A stretch of DNA of 44,358 nucleotides from an uncultured Chryseolinea sp. (GTDB lineage: Bacteria > Bacteroidota > Bacteroidia > Cytophagales > Cyclobacteriaceae). Where the stretch lies: positions 1-44,358 of the forward strand of contig CBIHQM010000001.1 in the NCBI GenBank assembly GCA_966211885.1, written 5' to 3'. Made by a program: the position numbers and the translations under genes. Positions 16,648-26,011 of this stretch are shown one piece after another (position 1 is the stretch's first letter; every line of letters begins with the position of its first letter). The notes beneath the pieces were generated by a model. That model saw nothing but the letters and a program-made list of their open reading frames with translations. It was not told the DNA's origin and did not search any database.

Positions 16648-18948
16648 ATGAAAAATATATTTGCCACCGCGCTGATGGTCGCCACCAGCGCCACCCTGGT
16701 GATCGCGCAATCGGACCCGCAGCAACCCTACCAGGGAAAGATCGGAAAGACCTTGGCCGAGACGCAACAATGGTGGCCCGAAAAAAAGAAAGCCCCCGAA
16801 GGAGCACCCAACATTGTATGGATCCTGCTGGACGACATCGGCTACGGCGCCATCAGCACGTTCGGCGGACTCGTTCAAACCCCGACTCTCGATTCACTGG
16901 CCAACCAAGGCCTGCGCTACACAAACTTTCACACCACCGCCATTTGCGCGCCTACACGCGCAGCCCTGCTCACGGGACGCAACTCGCACTCCGTGCACAT
17001 GGGGCTGTTTCCGGAGAACGCCGTGGGCACACCGGGCTACGATGCGCGGATGCCGTTTGAGAAAGCTACCGTCGCTGAACTCCTGAAGGAGAATGGGTAC
17101 AATACTTATGCCCTCGGAAAATGGCACATCACGCCACTCGCCGATCTCACGGCCGCCGGACCTTTCAACCGCTGGCCTACCGGTCGTGGCTTCGAACATT
17201 TCTATGGCTTCCCCTATCGCGGAAGCCAGGATCAATTTCACCCGCAGCTGTGGGAGGATACCCGTCGTCAATATGAAGACACCAAAGGCAAGCATCTTAA
17301 CACGCTCTTAGCCGATAAGGCCATTCAATATCTTACTGAACAAGAATCGTCGGCACCGGATAAGCCGTTCTTTTTATACGTAGCACCGGGTGCAGGTCAC
17401 GCGCCTCACCAGGTCGCCAAGGAATGGTCTGATCGTTACAAAGGGAAATTTGATGCGGGTTGGGACAAGTATCGTGAAGTGGTTTTGGCAAACCAGATCA
17501 AGTTAGGCGTTGTGCCGAAGAACACCGTCCTTCCGCCACGCAACCCCGGCATCAAAGATTGGAACACGCTGGGTGCGGAGGAGAAGAAATTATACGCGCG
17601 CTTCATGGAAGTGTATGCAGGGTTCCTGACGCAAACGGACTATGAGATCGGAAGGATCATTAAATACCTGAAGAAGACCTGTCAGCTCGACAACACCCTC
17701 ATCTTTGTTTCCGTGGGCGACAATGGCGCCAGCAAGGAAGGGACATTTGTGGGCGTGGTGAACAACACCGACCCATCACTGACGCAAGAGCAAGTATTGC
17801 AGAAAAATATTCAGAACATTGACCTGATCGGTACAGAGTTTTCTAAAGTGAATTATCCACTGGGTTGGGCCATGGCGGCCAACACGCCTTTCCGGTATTG
17901 GAAACAAGATGCCAACACGGAGGGAGGTACGCGCAACCCGCTCATCGTTTTCTATCCGAAAGGCATTAAAGAAAAGGGCGGTGTTCGTCATCAATACGGT
18001 CACGTCATCGATGTGTTGCCAACCACCCTCGAGTTGATCCATGCCCAAGTGCCCGCGTCGATCAACGGCTATAAACAAGAACCGATCGAAGGCACCAGCC
18101 TGGCTTATAGCATCAACAACGCAGCGGCTCCTTCGCAGCACACCGTCCAGCACTATGAAGTGAAGGGATCGCGCTCTATTTACAAAGACGGCTGGAAGGC
18201 CGGCGCCCTGCACAAAGACGGCGAGGACTTCAACCGGGACAAATGGGAATTGTATAACCTCAATGAGGATTTCAACGAACGGACGGACCTGGCGGCAAAG
18301 TTCCCGGAGAAGTTGAAAGAACTACAGGAACTCTTCGACAAGGAGGCCTACAAATACAATGTATATCCTTTGAAAGATCTGGCCACCCCGATTGTGGGTC
18401 CCACGATTTTCGATGGCCGGAATGTCATCGTGTTCTATCCCGGATCGTCCACCATTGTGGAGCTGGCGGCTCCCGACCTGAGAAATAAATCGTTTAGCCT
18501 TACGGCGGATGTGGAAATCCCTGCGAAGGGCGCGGACGGTGTATTGTTCTCCACCGGTGGTCGCGACAACGGCACGAGCTTCTTTGTGCAGGATCAGAAG
18601 CTGAACTTTACCTATAACTTAGGATGGACGAAATTCAACGTCACCTCGTCGGCCAAGGCGATCACGCCCGGTAATGCCTTGTTGAAATTTGATTTCCAGT
18701 ACGACGGCGGTCCGAGGAACTCCGGCGGCACGGGCACATTGTATGTGAACGGCACAAAAGTAGGGGAGGCACGTATTGATAAAACCTCCAATAGCATCTT
18801 CGGACATGAAGGATTGAATGTGGGCTTTGATGATCTCACGCCCGTGTCGGATACTTATAAAGTTCCGTTTGCTTTCAGCGGCACTTTGAATAAAGTCACC
18901 GTCGAATTAAGACAACCTGAAACGGCTACTGTAACCGGAGGAAAATAA
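16648..18948 (+). CDS. Arylsulfatase (Cys-type) with C-terminal LamG/ConA-like beta domain, paralogue of 14608..16512
   Basis: CAPTRAALLTGR and GKWHI. C-terminal extension with GVLFSTGG…GTLYVNG. The ATG at 16648 gives a clean signal peptide. Confidence 0.93.
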   Translation: MKNIFATALMVATSATLVIAQSDPQQPYQGKIGKTLAETQQWWPEKKKAPEGAPNIVWILLDDIGYGAISTFGGLVQTPTLDSLANQGLRYTNFHTTAICAPTRAALLTGRNSHSVHMGLFPENAVGTPGYDARMPFEKATVAELLKENGYNTYALGKWHITPLADLTAAGPFNRWPTGRGFEHFYGFPYRGSQDQFHPQLWEDTRRQYEDTKGKHLNTLLADKAIQYLTEQESSAPDKPFFLYVAPGAGHAPHQVAKEWSDRYKGKFDAGWDKYREVVLANQIKLGVVPKNTVLPPRNPGIKDWNTLGAEEKKLYARFMEVYAGFLTQTDYEIGRIIKYLKKTCQLDNTLIFVSVGDNGASKEGTFVGVVNNTDPSLTQEQVLQKNIQNIDLIGTEFSKVNYPLGWAMAANTPFRYWKQDANTEGGTRNPLIVFYPKGIKEKGGVRHQYGHVIDVLPTTLELIHAQVPASINGYKQEPIEGTSLAYSINNAAAPSQHTVQHYEVKGSRSIYKDGWKAGALHKDGEDFNRDKWELYNLNEDFNERTDLAAKFPEKLKELQELFDKEAYKYNVYPLKDLATPIVGPTIFDGRNVIVFYPGSSTIVELAAPDLRNKSFSLTADVEIPAKGADGVLFSTGGRDNGTSFFVQDQKLNFTYNLGWTKFNVTSSAKAITPGNALLKFDFQYDGGPRNSGGTGTLYVNGTKVGEARIDKTSNSIFGHEGLNVGFDDLTPVSDTYKVPFAFSGTLNKVTVELRQPETATVTGGK

Positions 18949-18950
18949 GG

Positions 18951-19430
18951 ATGAGGAAGAATATGTTATTCGCGGCTGTATTGTTCGGCTGCGTTGCACT
19001 CACAGCCTTCAAGCTGACGGAAGGAAACGAACGCGGATCGCACGAGATCGACGCGAAGGTGAAGGCCGAGGTGTACAAGGTGCTGGACGATTACATGAAC
19101 ACTTTCAACGCGAAAAACTTGAAAGCGTGGGAAGCCACGTACCAATTTCCCCACTACCGGCTGGCCAGTGGCAAGATGAATGTGTTGGAGAACGCGGGAC
19201 TTCGCGATTCAGCCAGCGTATTTGTCCCCTTGCAAAAAGGCGGTTGGGATCACAGCGCATGGGATCACCGGAACATCGTTCAGGCATCCGACACCAAGGT
19301 GCATGTGGACACGCGTTTCAGTCGCTATAAAGCAGATGGCACCAAGCTAGGTGTTTACGAGTCGCTGTACATCCTCACGAAAGAAAACGGACGCTGGGGC
19401 GTGAAGATGCGCTCCAGCTATGCCGAATGA
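18951..19430 (+). CDS. Exported NTF2-like (SnoaL-type fold) protein
   Basis: Signal peptide. The pattern VLDDYMNTFN…FSRYKADG…YILTKENGRWGV is typical of NTF2-like folds. Confidence 0.65.
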   Translation: MRKNMLFAAVLFGCVALTAFKLTEGNERGSHEIDAKVKAEVYKVLDDYMNTFNAKNLKAWEATYQFPHYRLASGKMNVLENAGLRDSASVFVPLQKGGWDHSAWDHRNIVQASDTKVHVDTRFSRYKADGTKLGVYESLYILTKENGRWGVKMRSSYAE

Positions 19431-19457
19431 TGCTTTGTTAAAAAAGAGAAACGACTC

Positions 19458-21098
19458 ATGAGAATACGTTTTGCTACGGCCGTTGCCGTTTTGTGCGCTG
19501 TCCTTCTCGCGCCGGTCATGGCACAGTCACCGCCAAAGGCCAAGGGTAAAGGACCAGCCAAGCCCAACTTTGTTTTGATCCTCGTGGATGATATGGGCTT
19601 CTCCGACATTGGTGCATACGGTTCGGAAATTCCTACGCCCAACCTGGACCGGCTCGCCGCGGGAGGATTGCGGTTCACCCAATTCTACAACACCTCGCGT
19701 TGCTGCCCGACACGTGCGGCGTTGCAGACGGGCGTGTACCCGCACCAGGCGGGTGTAGGTTTCATGAACGGCAACCTGGGCAAGCCTACCTATCAGGGCT
19801 ACCTGAATAAAAATGTGATCACCCTTGCGGAAGGATTGAAGACGGCCGGTTATACTACGCTCATGTCGGGTAAGTGGCATGTGGGCAATACGCCTGAGCA
19901 ATGGCCCGGGGCACGCGGCTATGATAAATATTTTGCATTGATCGGTGGCACGAGTCATCAATTTTATCCGCATCCTTTTCAATTGGGGGATATGGACTTC
20001 TTTGTGAAGAACGGACAGAAGCTTGAAAATTATACGACGGAAAAGAAACCGGAAGGTTTTTATCTGACCGACGAATTTACCGATCACGCGCTTGGCTTCC
20101 TGGAAGAAACGCGCACGGAAGGCAAACCCTTCTTTTTGTTCACGGCCTACAACGCGCCGCATTTTCCAGTTCAGGCCCGAAAGGAAGATATCGCCAAGTA
20201 CCGTGGCAAATACCTGCAGGGTTGGGATGTCGTGCGCAGTGCTCGCTATCAAAAATTATTGGCCTCCGGCATTCTGCGGCCGAAATGGAAATTGTCGCCG
20301 CGCGACTCGCTCATTCCCGGATGGGATCAACTGCGTCAATCCGAAAAGGAGGCATGGGATCTGAAGATGGCAGTGTATGCCGCCATGGTTGATCGGATCG
20401 ACTACAACGTCGGACGCATCCTGCAAAAGCTAAAAGACCTGGGCGTGGACGACAACACCTATGTGATCTTCCTCTCCGACAACGGCGCCAGTCATGAGTA
20501 TGCGTTTCCCGGAAAAAAACAGATAAAGGAGGTTGCTAACTATGTGAAGCCGCTAACGGCCGACAATCCGGAGTCGTATGTTTCGTATGAATACAATTGG
20601 GCGAACGTGAGCAATACGCCTTTCCGCGCGTTCAAACATTGGGAGCATGAAGGTGGGATCAGCACGCCGTTCATTGTTTATGCGCCGGGCAAGATCCAAC
20701 CAAATACCCTGCAACATACACCAGCCCATGTCATCGATATTCAGCCGACACTGCTTGCCTTGGCGGGCGTGAAGTACCCGGCAGAATACAAGGGTTCCAA
20801 GCTGATACCGCAAGAGGGCCTGTCATTGAAAGATGCCTTCGAAGGAAAACCATACGCCGGCCATGACGCCATTTACTGGGAACACCAGGGCAATCGCGCC
20901 GTGCGCAAAGGCGACTGGAAGATCGTGTCGTTCTATCCTGAAAATAAATGGGAGCTCTACAACCTGAAAGACGACCGCACTGAGCTGAGAAACCTGGCGG
21001 CATCGAACCCTGACAAGCTTCGCGAACTGATTGCCTTGTACGAAGCCTGGGCAACCCGCGCGGGCGTGGTCGAGTGGGCATCCTTGCAAACACCGTGA
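19458..21098 (+). CDS. Arylsulfatase (Cys-type, AtsA-like)
   Basis: ILVDDMGFSDIG, RCCPTRAALQTG, GKWHVG, SDNGA and WANVSNTPF. Confidence 0.93.
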   Translation: MRIRFATAVAVLCAVLLAPVMAQSPPKAKGKGPAKPNFVLILVDDMGFSDIGAYGSEIPTPNLDRLAAGGLRFTQFYNTSRCCPTRAALQTGVYPHQAGVGFMNGNLGKPTYQGYLNKNVITLAEGLKTAGYTTLMSGKWHVGNTPEQWPGARGYDKYFALIGGTSHQFYPHPFQLGDMDFFVKNGQKLENYTTEKKPEGFYLTDEFTDHALGFLEETRTEGKPFFLFTAYNAPHFPVQARKEDIAKYRGKYLQGWDVVRSARYQKLLASGILRPKWKLSPRDSLIPGWDQLRQSEKEAWDLKMAVYAAMVDRIDYNVGRILQKLKDLGVDDNTYVIFLSDNGASHEYAFPGKKQIKEVANYVKPLTADNPESYVSYEYNWANVSNTPFRAFKHWEHEGGISTPFIVYAPGKIQPNTLQHTPAHVIDIQPTLLALAGVKYPAEYKGSKLIPQEGLSLKDAFEGKPYAGHDAIYWEHQGNRAVRKGDWKIVSFYPENKWELYNLKDDRTELRNLAASNPDKLRELIALYEAWATRAGVVEWASLQTP

Positions 21099-21174
21099 AC
21101 GTCGATTGCGTTTAAGAGAGAAAAGACGAACGTCGCGTGCGATCTATAACCCAAAACTATTTGTATAATTTCTT

Positions 21175-22818
21175 ATGACCGCTACCCAATCGCCACCGCG
21201 CTGGAAAAAAATACTCCGCATTTTTCTTGCCATCGCCGTTCCTTTGGCGGTCGTGTTTTCCATCGTGCTCCGACCGTATGCATCGCATGACTGGGATATT
21301 GTTTTTGACGGAAAAGGCATCGAACAAAAAAAACAATTTTTATCTGCACCGGTAGTTCGCGATTCTGCCGAACGGCCACCCAACATCATCGTTTTGGTGG
21401 CCGACGACCTGGGGAAAACGGACATACCGCTGTACGGACCTACCCCTGTGAAGACACCTTACCTCGACAGCCTGGCGGCGAGCGGAGTGAAGTTTACCGA
21501 GGGTTATGTGACCGCTTCCATTTGCAGTCCGTCGCGGGCTGGACTCTTGACGGGGCGCTACCAGCAGCGCTTTGGTCACGAGACGCAGCCCGTGAACCGG
21601 TATATACACAACTACTTGGAACGCGCGCTGGCCAACATTTTCATCGATCGGCAGCAACTCGAGTTTGCTGACTTGACAAAGACACCGACGCCCGAAAGCA
21701 TCGCGAAACAAGGGTTGCCGTTGCAAGAGATCACGCTGGCCGACTTGTTGAAACACAATGGTTATGCCACGGGCATCATTGGGAAGTGGCACCTGGGTGC
21801 TGCCGAAAGTTTTCAGCCGCTGAACAGAGGCTTCGATTATCATTATGGATTTTATGAAGCATTTTCCTGGTATGCCGATACGACCGATCGCGATTTTGTG
21901 AACGTGCGCAACCGCGGCATTATGGACGCGCATGTGTGGGAATTCGGACGGGTGGGAGATGCATTGATCCGGCGCAATAATGAGATCGTGGACGAAAAGG
22001 AATATCTGACTTACAAGATCGCTGGTGAAGCCATAAATTTCATCGATCAAAAAAAGGACAAGCCCTTTTTTCTCTACGTTCCTTTCAACGCCCCCCACAC
22101 ACCGTTTCAGGCGCCGAAAAATGACGTGGCGAAACTGGAAGCGCAAGGGATCGATCGTCGGAAAGCCGTGTATTATGCCATGATCGAAGACCTGGACAAT
22201 GCGATTGGTGCGATCCTGAAGAAAGTGAAAGCCTCGGGGTTGGAAGAAAATACATTGGTATATTTCATCAGCGACAATGGTGGAGCAACCTATACCGGCG
22301 CCACAGACAATGCGCCATTGAAAGGCGGAAAGATGTCGCTCTACGAAGGCGGTATCAACGTTCCTTTCATCGTGCGGTGGAAGGGTCACTTGCCCGCGGG
22401 CAAGGTTTACGACAAGCCGGTTTCGTCACTGGATATATTTGCTACATCCGCCGCCGCAGCGCATGCTGAACTTCCGCCTAGCCGCGAGTACGACGGCGTG
22501 AATCTTATTCCTTACCTCACGCAAACCGATTCGGCCGCTCCACACGAAACGCTGTTCTGGCGGGCCGGAGCTAACAAGGCCGTGCGCAAAGGCGATTGGA
22601 AACTGGTGATCAACCGTAACGACAACATCACGGCGCTGTATAACTTGGCCACCGACAAATCCGAGCGCAACAATGTGGCCGGCGCGAATCCCGCAAAGGT
22701 AAAGGAACTCGAGAGCGCCCTGGCTGATTGGGAAAAGAAACTCGTGCCACCGCTTTGGCCCAGCAATGGATTTTTTGTGAACGAATTTGATGGCCAGGAA
22801 GACCGTTTTACTTTGTAG
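21175..22818 (+). CDS. Sulfatase (Cys-type), N-terminally membrane-anchored
   Basis: LVADDLG, CSPSRAGLLTGRY, GKWHLG, SDNGG and EGGINVP. N-terminal TM helix. Confidence 0.92.
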   Translation: MTATQSPPRWKKILRIFLAIAVPLAVVFSIVLRPYASHDWDIVFDGKGIEQKKQFLSAPVVRDSAERPPNIIVLVADDLGKTDIPLYGPTPVKTPYLDSLAASGVKFTEGYVTASICSPSRAGLLTGRYQQRFGHETQPVNRYIHNYLERALANIFIDRQQLEFADLTKTPTPESIAKQGLPLQEITLADLLKHNGYATGIIGKWHLGAAESFQPLNRGFDYHYGFYEAFSWYADTTDRDFVNVRNRGIMDAHVWEFGRVGDALIRRNNEIVDEKEYLTYKIAGEAINFIDQKKDKPFFLYVPFNAPHTPFQAPKNDVAKLEAQGIDRRKAVYYAMIEDLDNAIGAILKKVKASGLEENTLVYFISDNGGATYTGATDNAPLKGGKMSLYEGGINVPFIVRWKGHLPAGKVYDKPVSSLDIFATSAAAAHAELPPSREYDGVNLIPYLTQTDSAAPHETLFWRAGANKAVRKGDWKLVINRNDNITALYNLATDKSERNNVAGANPAKVKELESALADWEKKLVPPLWPSNGFFVNEFDGQEDRFTL

Positions 22819-22840
22819 CTTTGATAAACCACGGAAAGAA

Positions 22841-24232
22841 ATGAAAACCCGCTCCCAAAAAATAATGATTGTTGCTTTGCTGCTGGCGTCATTGGTCCAT
22901 GTGACCGGCACGAGCGCTCAACCAAAATCAAAAAAAACAAACTTCGTCTTCATCCTCTGCGACGACATGGGCTACAACGACGTCGGCCCGTATGGTGCCA
23001 CCGACATTCGCACACCCAACATCGACAAGCTGGCTTCGGGTGGGCTCAAGTTCACTTCGTTCTACACGCCGTCGCCGGTATGCAGTCCAACGCGTGCCGG
23101 TTTGCTGACCGGCCGGTATCCGAAGCGGTTGGGCATCGATCATGTTTTCTTCCCCGAGAGTTTTACGGGGCTTTCGCCGGATGAGGTCACCCTTGCGGAA
23201 GCGTTGAAGACACAGGGGTATGCTACCGGCGCTATAGGCAAGTGGCACCTCGGGCATCACCGCGAATACCTGCCGCTGCAACAAGGCTTCGATGAATACT
23301 TCGGCATCCCCTACAGCAACGACATGCAGGGTGTGGTGTATCTGCGCGGCAATACGGTGGAGAATTTTTCGGTAGACCAGCACTATACTACCAAAACCTA
23401 TACGGAGGAGTCGGTCAAGTTTATCAACAAACACAAGAACGGGCCTTTCTTTCTCTACCTGGCCCACTCGATGCCGCACGTGCCCCTCTATGCCTCGCCG
23501 GCATTTGAAGGCAAGTCGAAACGCGGGTTGTATGGCGATGTGATCGAAGAGATCGATTGGAGCGTAGGAGAAGTCGTGAAAGCTTTGAACGCAGCCGGCG
23601 TGGCGGACAACACGCTCGTGGTTTTCACCAGCGACAACGGGCCTTGGTTGATCTTTGACATAGAGGGCGGCTCGGCCAAACCTTTGCGCAATGGGAAGGG
23701 CACTACCTTTGAAGGCGGTCAGCGTGTACCGGCGATTTTCTATTGGCCGGGAACGATCCAGCCCGGAACGGAGAACACCGACCTGGCCCTCATGTTCGAT
23801 ATCTTTCCCACGTTCGTGAAACTTTCGGGAGCTACGGATTACAAATTTAAAAATCCAATCGACGGTGAAGATCTCTCCACCGTGCTCACGGGCAAGACCA
23901 AACGCAAGGGCGACGAGTTCATCTACTATTACAACGGCAAGATCGAAGCATTCCGCAAAGGCGACTGGAAAATCATTTTCCCCGCAACGGCCCCCCCAAA
24001 CCAACCCGTCACGGCCGACAATGCGCACGACACGCTGCTCTTCAATCTTCGGACCGACGTGGGTGAGCAACAAAACGTGTTAAAAGAAAAACACGACGTC
24101 GTGCCCGGTTTGCTGAAAGCGCTGGAAGCGGCTACAAACAAGCTTGGCAAAACACCACCGCCGCTGGTGCAGCGCATGCCGTCTGACGACAGTCACATTG
24201 CAAAACGAAAGCAACGGCAGGGAAGTAAGTGA
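22841..24232 (+). CDS. Sulfatase (Cys-type, arylsulfatase A-like)
   Basis: CSPTRAGLLTGRY, GKWHLG, GIPYSNDM, MPHVPL and SDNGPW. The ATG at 22841 gives a signal peptide. Confidence 0.93.
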   Translation: MKTRSQKIMIVALLLASLVHVTGTSAQPKSKKTNFVFILCDDMGYNDVGPYGATDIRTPNIDKLASGGLKFTSFYTPSPVCSPTRAGLLTGRYPKRLGIDHVFFPESFTGLSPDEVTLAEALKTQGYATGAIGKWHLGHHREYLPLQQGFDEYFGIPYSNDMQGVVYLRGNTVENFSVDQHYTTKTYTEESVKFINKHKNGPFFLYLAHSMPHVPLYASPAFEGKSKRGLYGDVIEEIDWSVGEVVKALNAAGVADNTLVVFTSDNGPWLIFDIEGGSAKPLRNGKGTTFEGGQRVPAIFYWPGTIQPGTENTDLALMFDIFPTFVKLSGATDYKFKNPIDGEDLSTVLTGKTKRKGDEFIYYYNGKIEAFRKGDWKIIFPATAPPNQPVTADNAHDTLLFNLRTDVGEQQNVLKEKHDVVPGLLKALEAATNKLGKTPPPLVQRMPSDDSHIAKRKQRQGSK

Positions 24233-24255
24233 GGGAATAAAATGATGTAACGATA

Positions 24256-24297
24256 AACCGCCTTTCCATTCTTCTCGCGATGAATAGAAAGGCGGTT
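24256..24297. terminator. Hairpin between convergent genes, probable bidirectional terminator
   Basis: 11-bp stem AACCGCCTTTC / GAAAGGCGGTT between the sulfatase and nmrA stop codons. Confidence 0.55.
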
Positions 24298-24321
24298 CTG
24301 TTTGCAGGCTTGTGCTGCTTA

Positions 24322-25209
24322 TTAATTGCTGGCCGTAAAGGCGCCCGCGAATTCCTTGGCGAATTGCTCCAATTTGGTCGGCGCAAAAGCAGGGAGATGT
24401 TTCAATAGATCTTCCTGCATCTTTCCCGTCCGGAGTGCGGTGCCCATCTCCGCGTACGGAGCCGCGTGACTGGAAGGAACACCGGCTTGCAAAAGACCCT
24501 TCAATTGATCTTCGTCTGAAAAAACAACCCAGGGAAACTTCTTGCCCACGGCCTCGCCCAACACTTGAGCGATCTCGTCGCCCGTCCGCAGATCGCTCAC
24601 GATATAACGCACGGAGTGACCGGTGAAGTTGAGTTGGATCAATTCTTCCAACGCGATAGCGGCAATATCATTCGTGTGGACCAGGGGGATTTTTTGCCCA
24701 CCGTAGTTACTTCCCATGATACCCGCTGTTTTGATCATGCCGATCTGGTTTAGCAGGTTATAGTAGAACGCAGCAGGGCGCAGATGTTTTACATGCAGGC
24801 CGTCGATACGGTTCAGCGATTCTTCGAACGCGTGCAAGGCATTGACCGGACCACACCCCTCACTGAGATGTGCGCCGATGCTGCTAAGCGTTACCACGAA
24901 GGGAACCCGGTTCGCTTTGATGGCTTCGACATACGCGTCGCCTACTTCGTCTTGCGCGCGCCGCCAGTTGTCGGCTTGCCAGATGGGCGGGATCATGGCG
25001 TAGACGACTTCGGCGCCGCGAAAGGCGGTGGTGACAAATGCCGGGTCGGCCACGGAGCCCACCAGCGCTTTCGCCCCCAAGGCTTCAATTTCTTTGACCT
25101 TACCCGCATCGCGCGTGATGACGGTTACGTCTTTCTTTGCCTGGATCAATCCCGCTACAAGCGGTTTGTTGATGTGGCCCAGGGATCCGGTGATGACATA
25201 TTTTTTCAT
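24322..25209 (-). CDS. NmrA-family / atypical SDR NAD(P)H-binding protein
   Basis: N-terminal VITGSLGHI Rossmann motif, LSSIGA and LRPAAFYYN. Confidence 0.88.
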   Translation of the reverse strand: MKKYVITGSLGHINKPLVAGLIQAKKDVTVITRDAGKVKEIEALGAKALVGSVADPAFVTTAFRGAEVVYAMIPPIWQADNWRRAQDEVGDAYVEAIKANRVPFVVTLSSIGAHLSEGCGPVNALHAFEESLNRIDGLHVKHLRPAAFYYNLLNQIGMIKTAGIMGSNYGGQKIPLVHTNDIAAIALEELIQLNFTGHSVRYIVSDLRTGDEIAQVLGEAVGKKFPWVVFSDEDQLKGLLQAGVPSSHAAPYAEMGTALRTGKMQEDLLKHLPAFAPTKLEQFAKEFAGAFTASN

Positions 25210-25332
25210 GACAGAATTTTTTTTGGATTAAAATTGTAAGGCAAGAGTACCGCTTCGGTCTTGAAAATGTAAGTAGGCATCAAAAACGGACGTAGTCAGT
25301 TTTTTCTTACCCAAGCTGAAAATGAAGGCATT

Positions 25333-25701
25333 ATGAAAATGAGTCTAGACAATGTTGAACACTGCCCGGTCGTATCGACCATGGCGGTGATTGGAGGAAA
25401 ATGGAAAATCCTCATCATTCACCTCATCCACAACGACATCAACCGCTTCGGCAAGCTGGGCATGCTCCTGAAACACGTCAGCCGCCAAATGTTGACGACC
25501 CAGCTTCGCGAGCTGGAGCGGGATGGTATCCTGGAGCGCGTGGTCTATGCCGAAATCCCGCCCCACGTAGAATACTTTCTCACCCCCAAAGGAAAGGCCC
25601 TGATCCCGGTGCTGACCGCGTTGAAAGACTGGGGCTTCGAATATGGATCGACAGAAACGATTGCAGTACCCCAAAAGACAAAGCCCGCCATCCCAGCCTA
25701 G
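25333..25701 (+). CDS. HxlR-family winged-helix transcriptional regulator, divergent from the nmrA-like gene
   Basis: CPV…IGGKWK, RFGKL, MLTTQLRELERDG and PPHVEYFLTPKG. Confidence 0.92.
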   Translation: MKMSLDNVEHCPVVSTMAVIGGKWKILIIHLIHNDINRFGKLGMLLKHVSRQMLTTQLRELERDGILERVVYAEIPPHVEYFLTPKGKALIPVLTALKDWGFEYGSTETIAVPQKTKPAIPA

Positions 25702-25731
25702 CGCCAAAAAAATAAATCCTTTTCAGGGCTA

Positions 25732-25781
25732 TTGCTTATAGGCAATTCATTGCTATTTTTGTCTATAGGATTAGTAGAGAT
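25732..25781 (+). promoter_or_regulatory. Promoter (TTG-N19-TATTTTTG) with overlapping operator TTGTCTATAGGATTAGTAGAGAT
   Basis: Exact TAnnTTTG at 25754-25761. The operator at 25759-25781 matches the 6973-6995 site at 19 of 23 positions. Confidence 0.68.
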
Positions 25782-25857
25782 CAATGCCACCAGATTGACC
25801 TCCGCCTGTCCCGGAAGCGATTTCCGGGCAGATTGCCTGTAACCCAACATTCTTCAC

Positions 25858-25950
25858 ATGGTGGAAATCATCACGCGTATAGTTTATATCGCCGCGGCAA
25901 ATCTTTCCGCAGCATCACGACCTGCTCCCGCTATGGGATGTTGTTGTTGA
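25858..25950 (+). CDS. Putative cysteine-sensing leader peptide MVEIITRIVYIAAANLSAASRPAPAMGCCC (30 aa)
   Basis: Translated by hand. It ends TGT TGT TGT TGA and occupies the same position (operator, leader, first gene) as the leader at 7166. Confidence 0.68.
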   Translation: MVEIITRIVYIAAANLSAASRPAPAMGCCC

Positions 25951-26011
25951 CGCTTTCCCCTGCGCCAAACGCTCATCCTTATTTATCTCCACCACATTTG
26001 AAATCGCCTCG

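Noticed and set aside
17680..17682. Cys in KKTCQLDNT (Gly in the paralogue) as functionally meaningful
   Set aside because: It is a single GGT/TGT-type difference at a non-catalytic position, with no further support.
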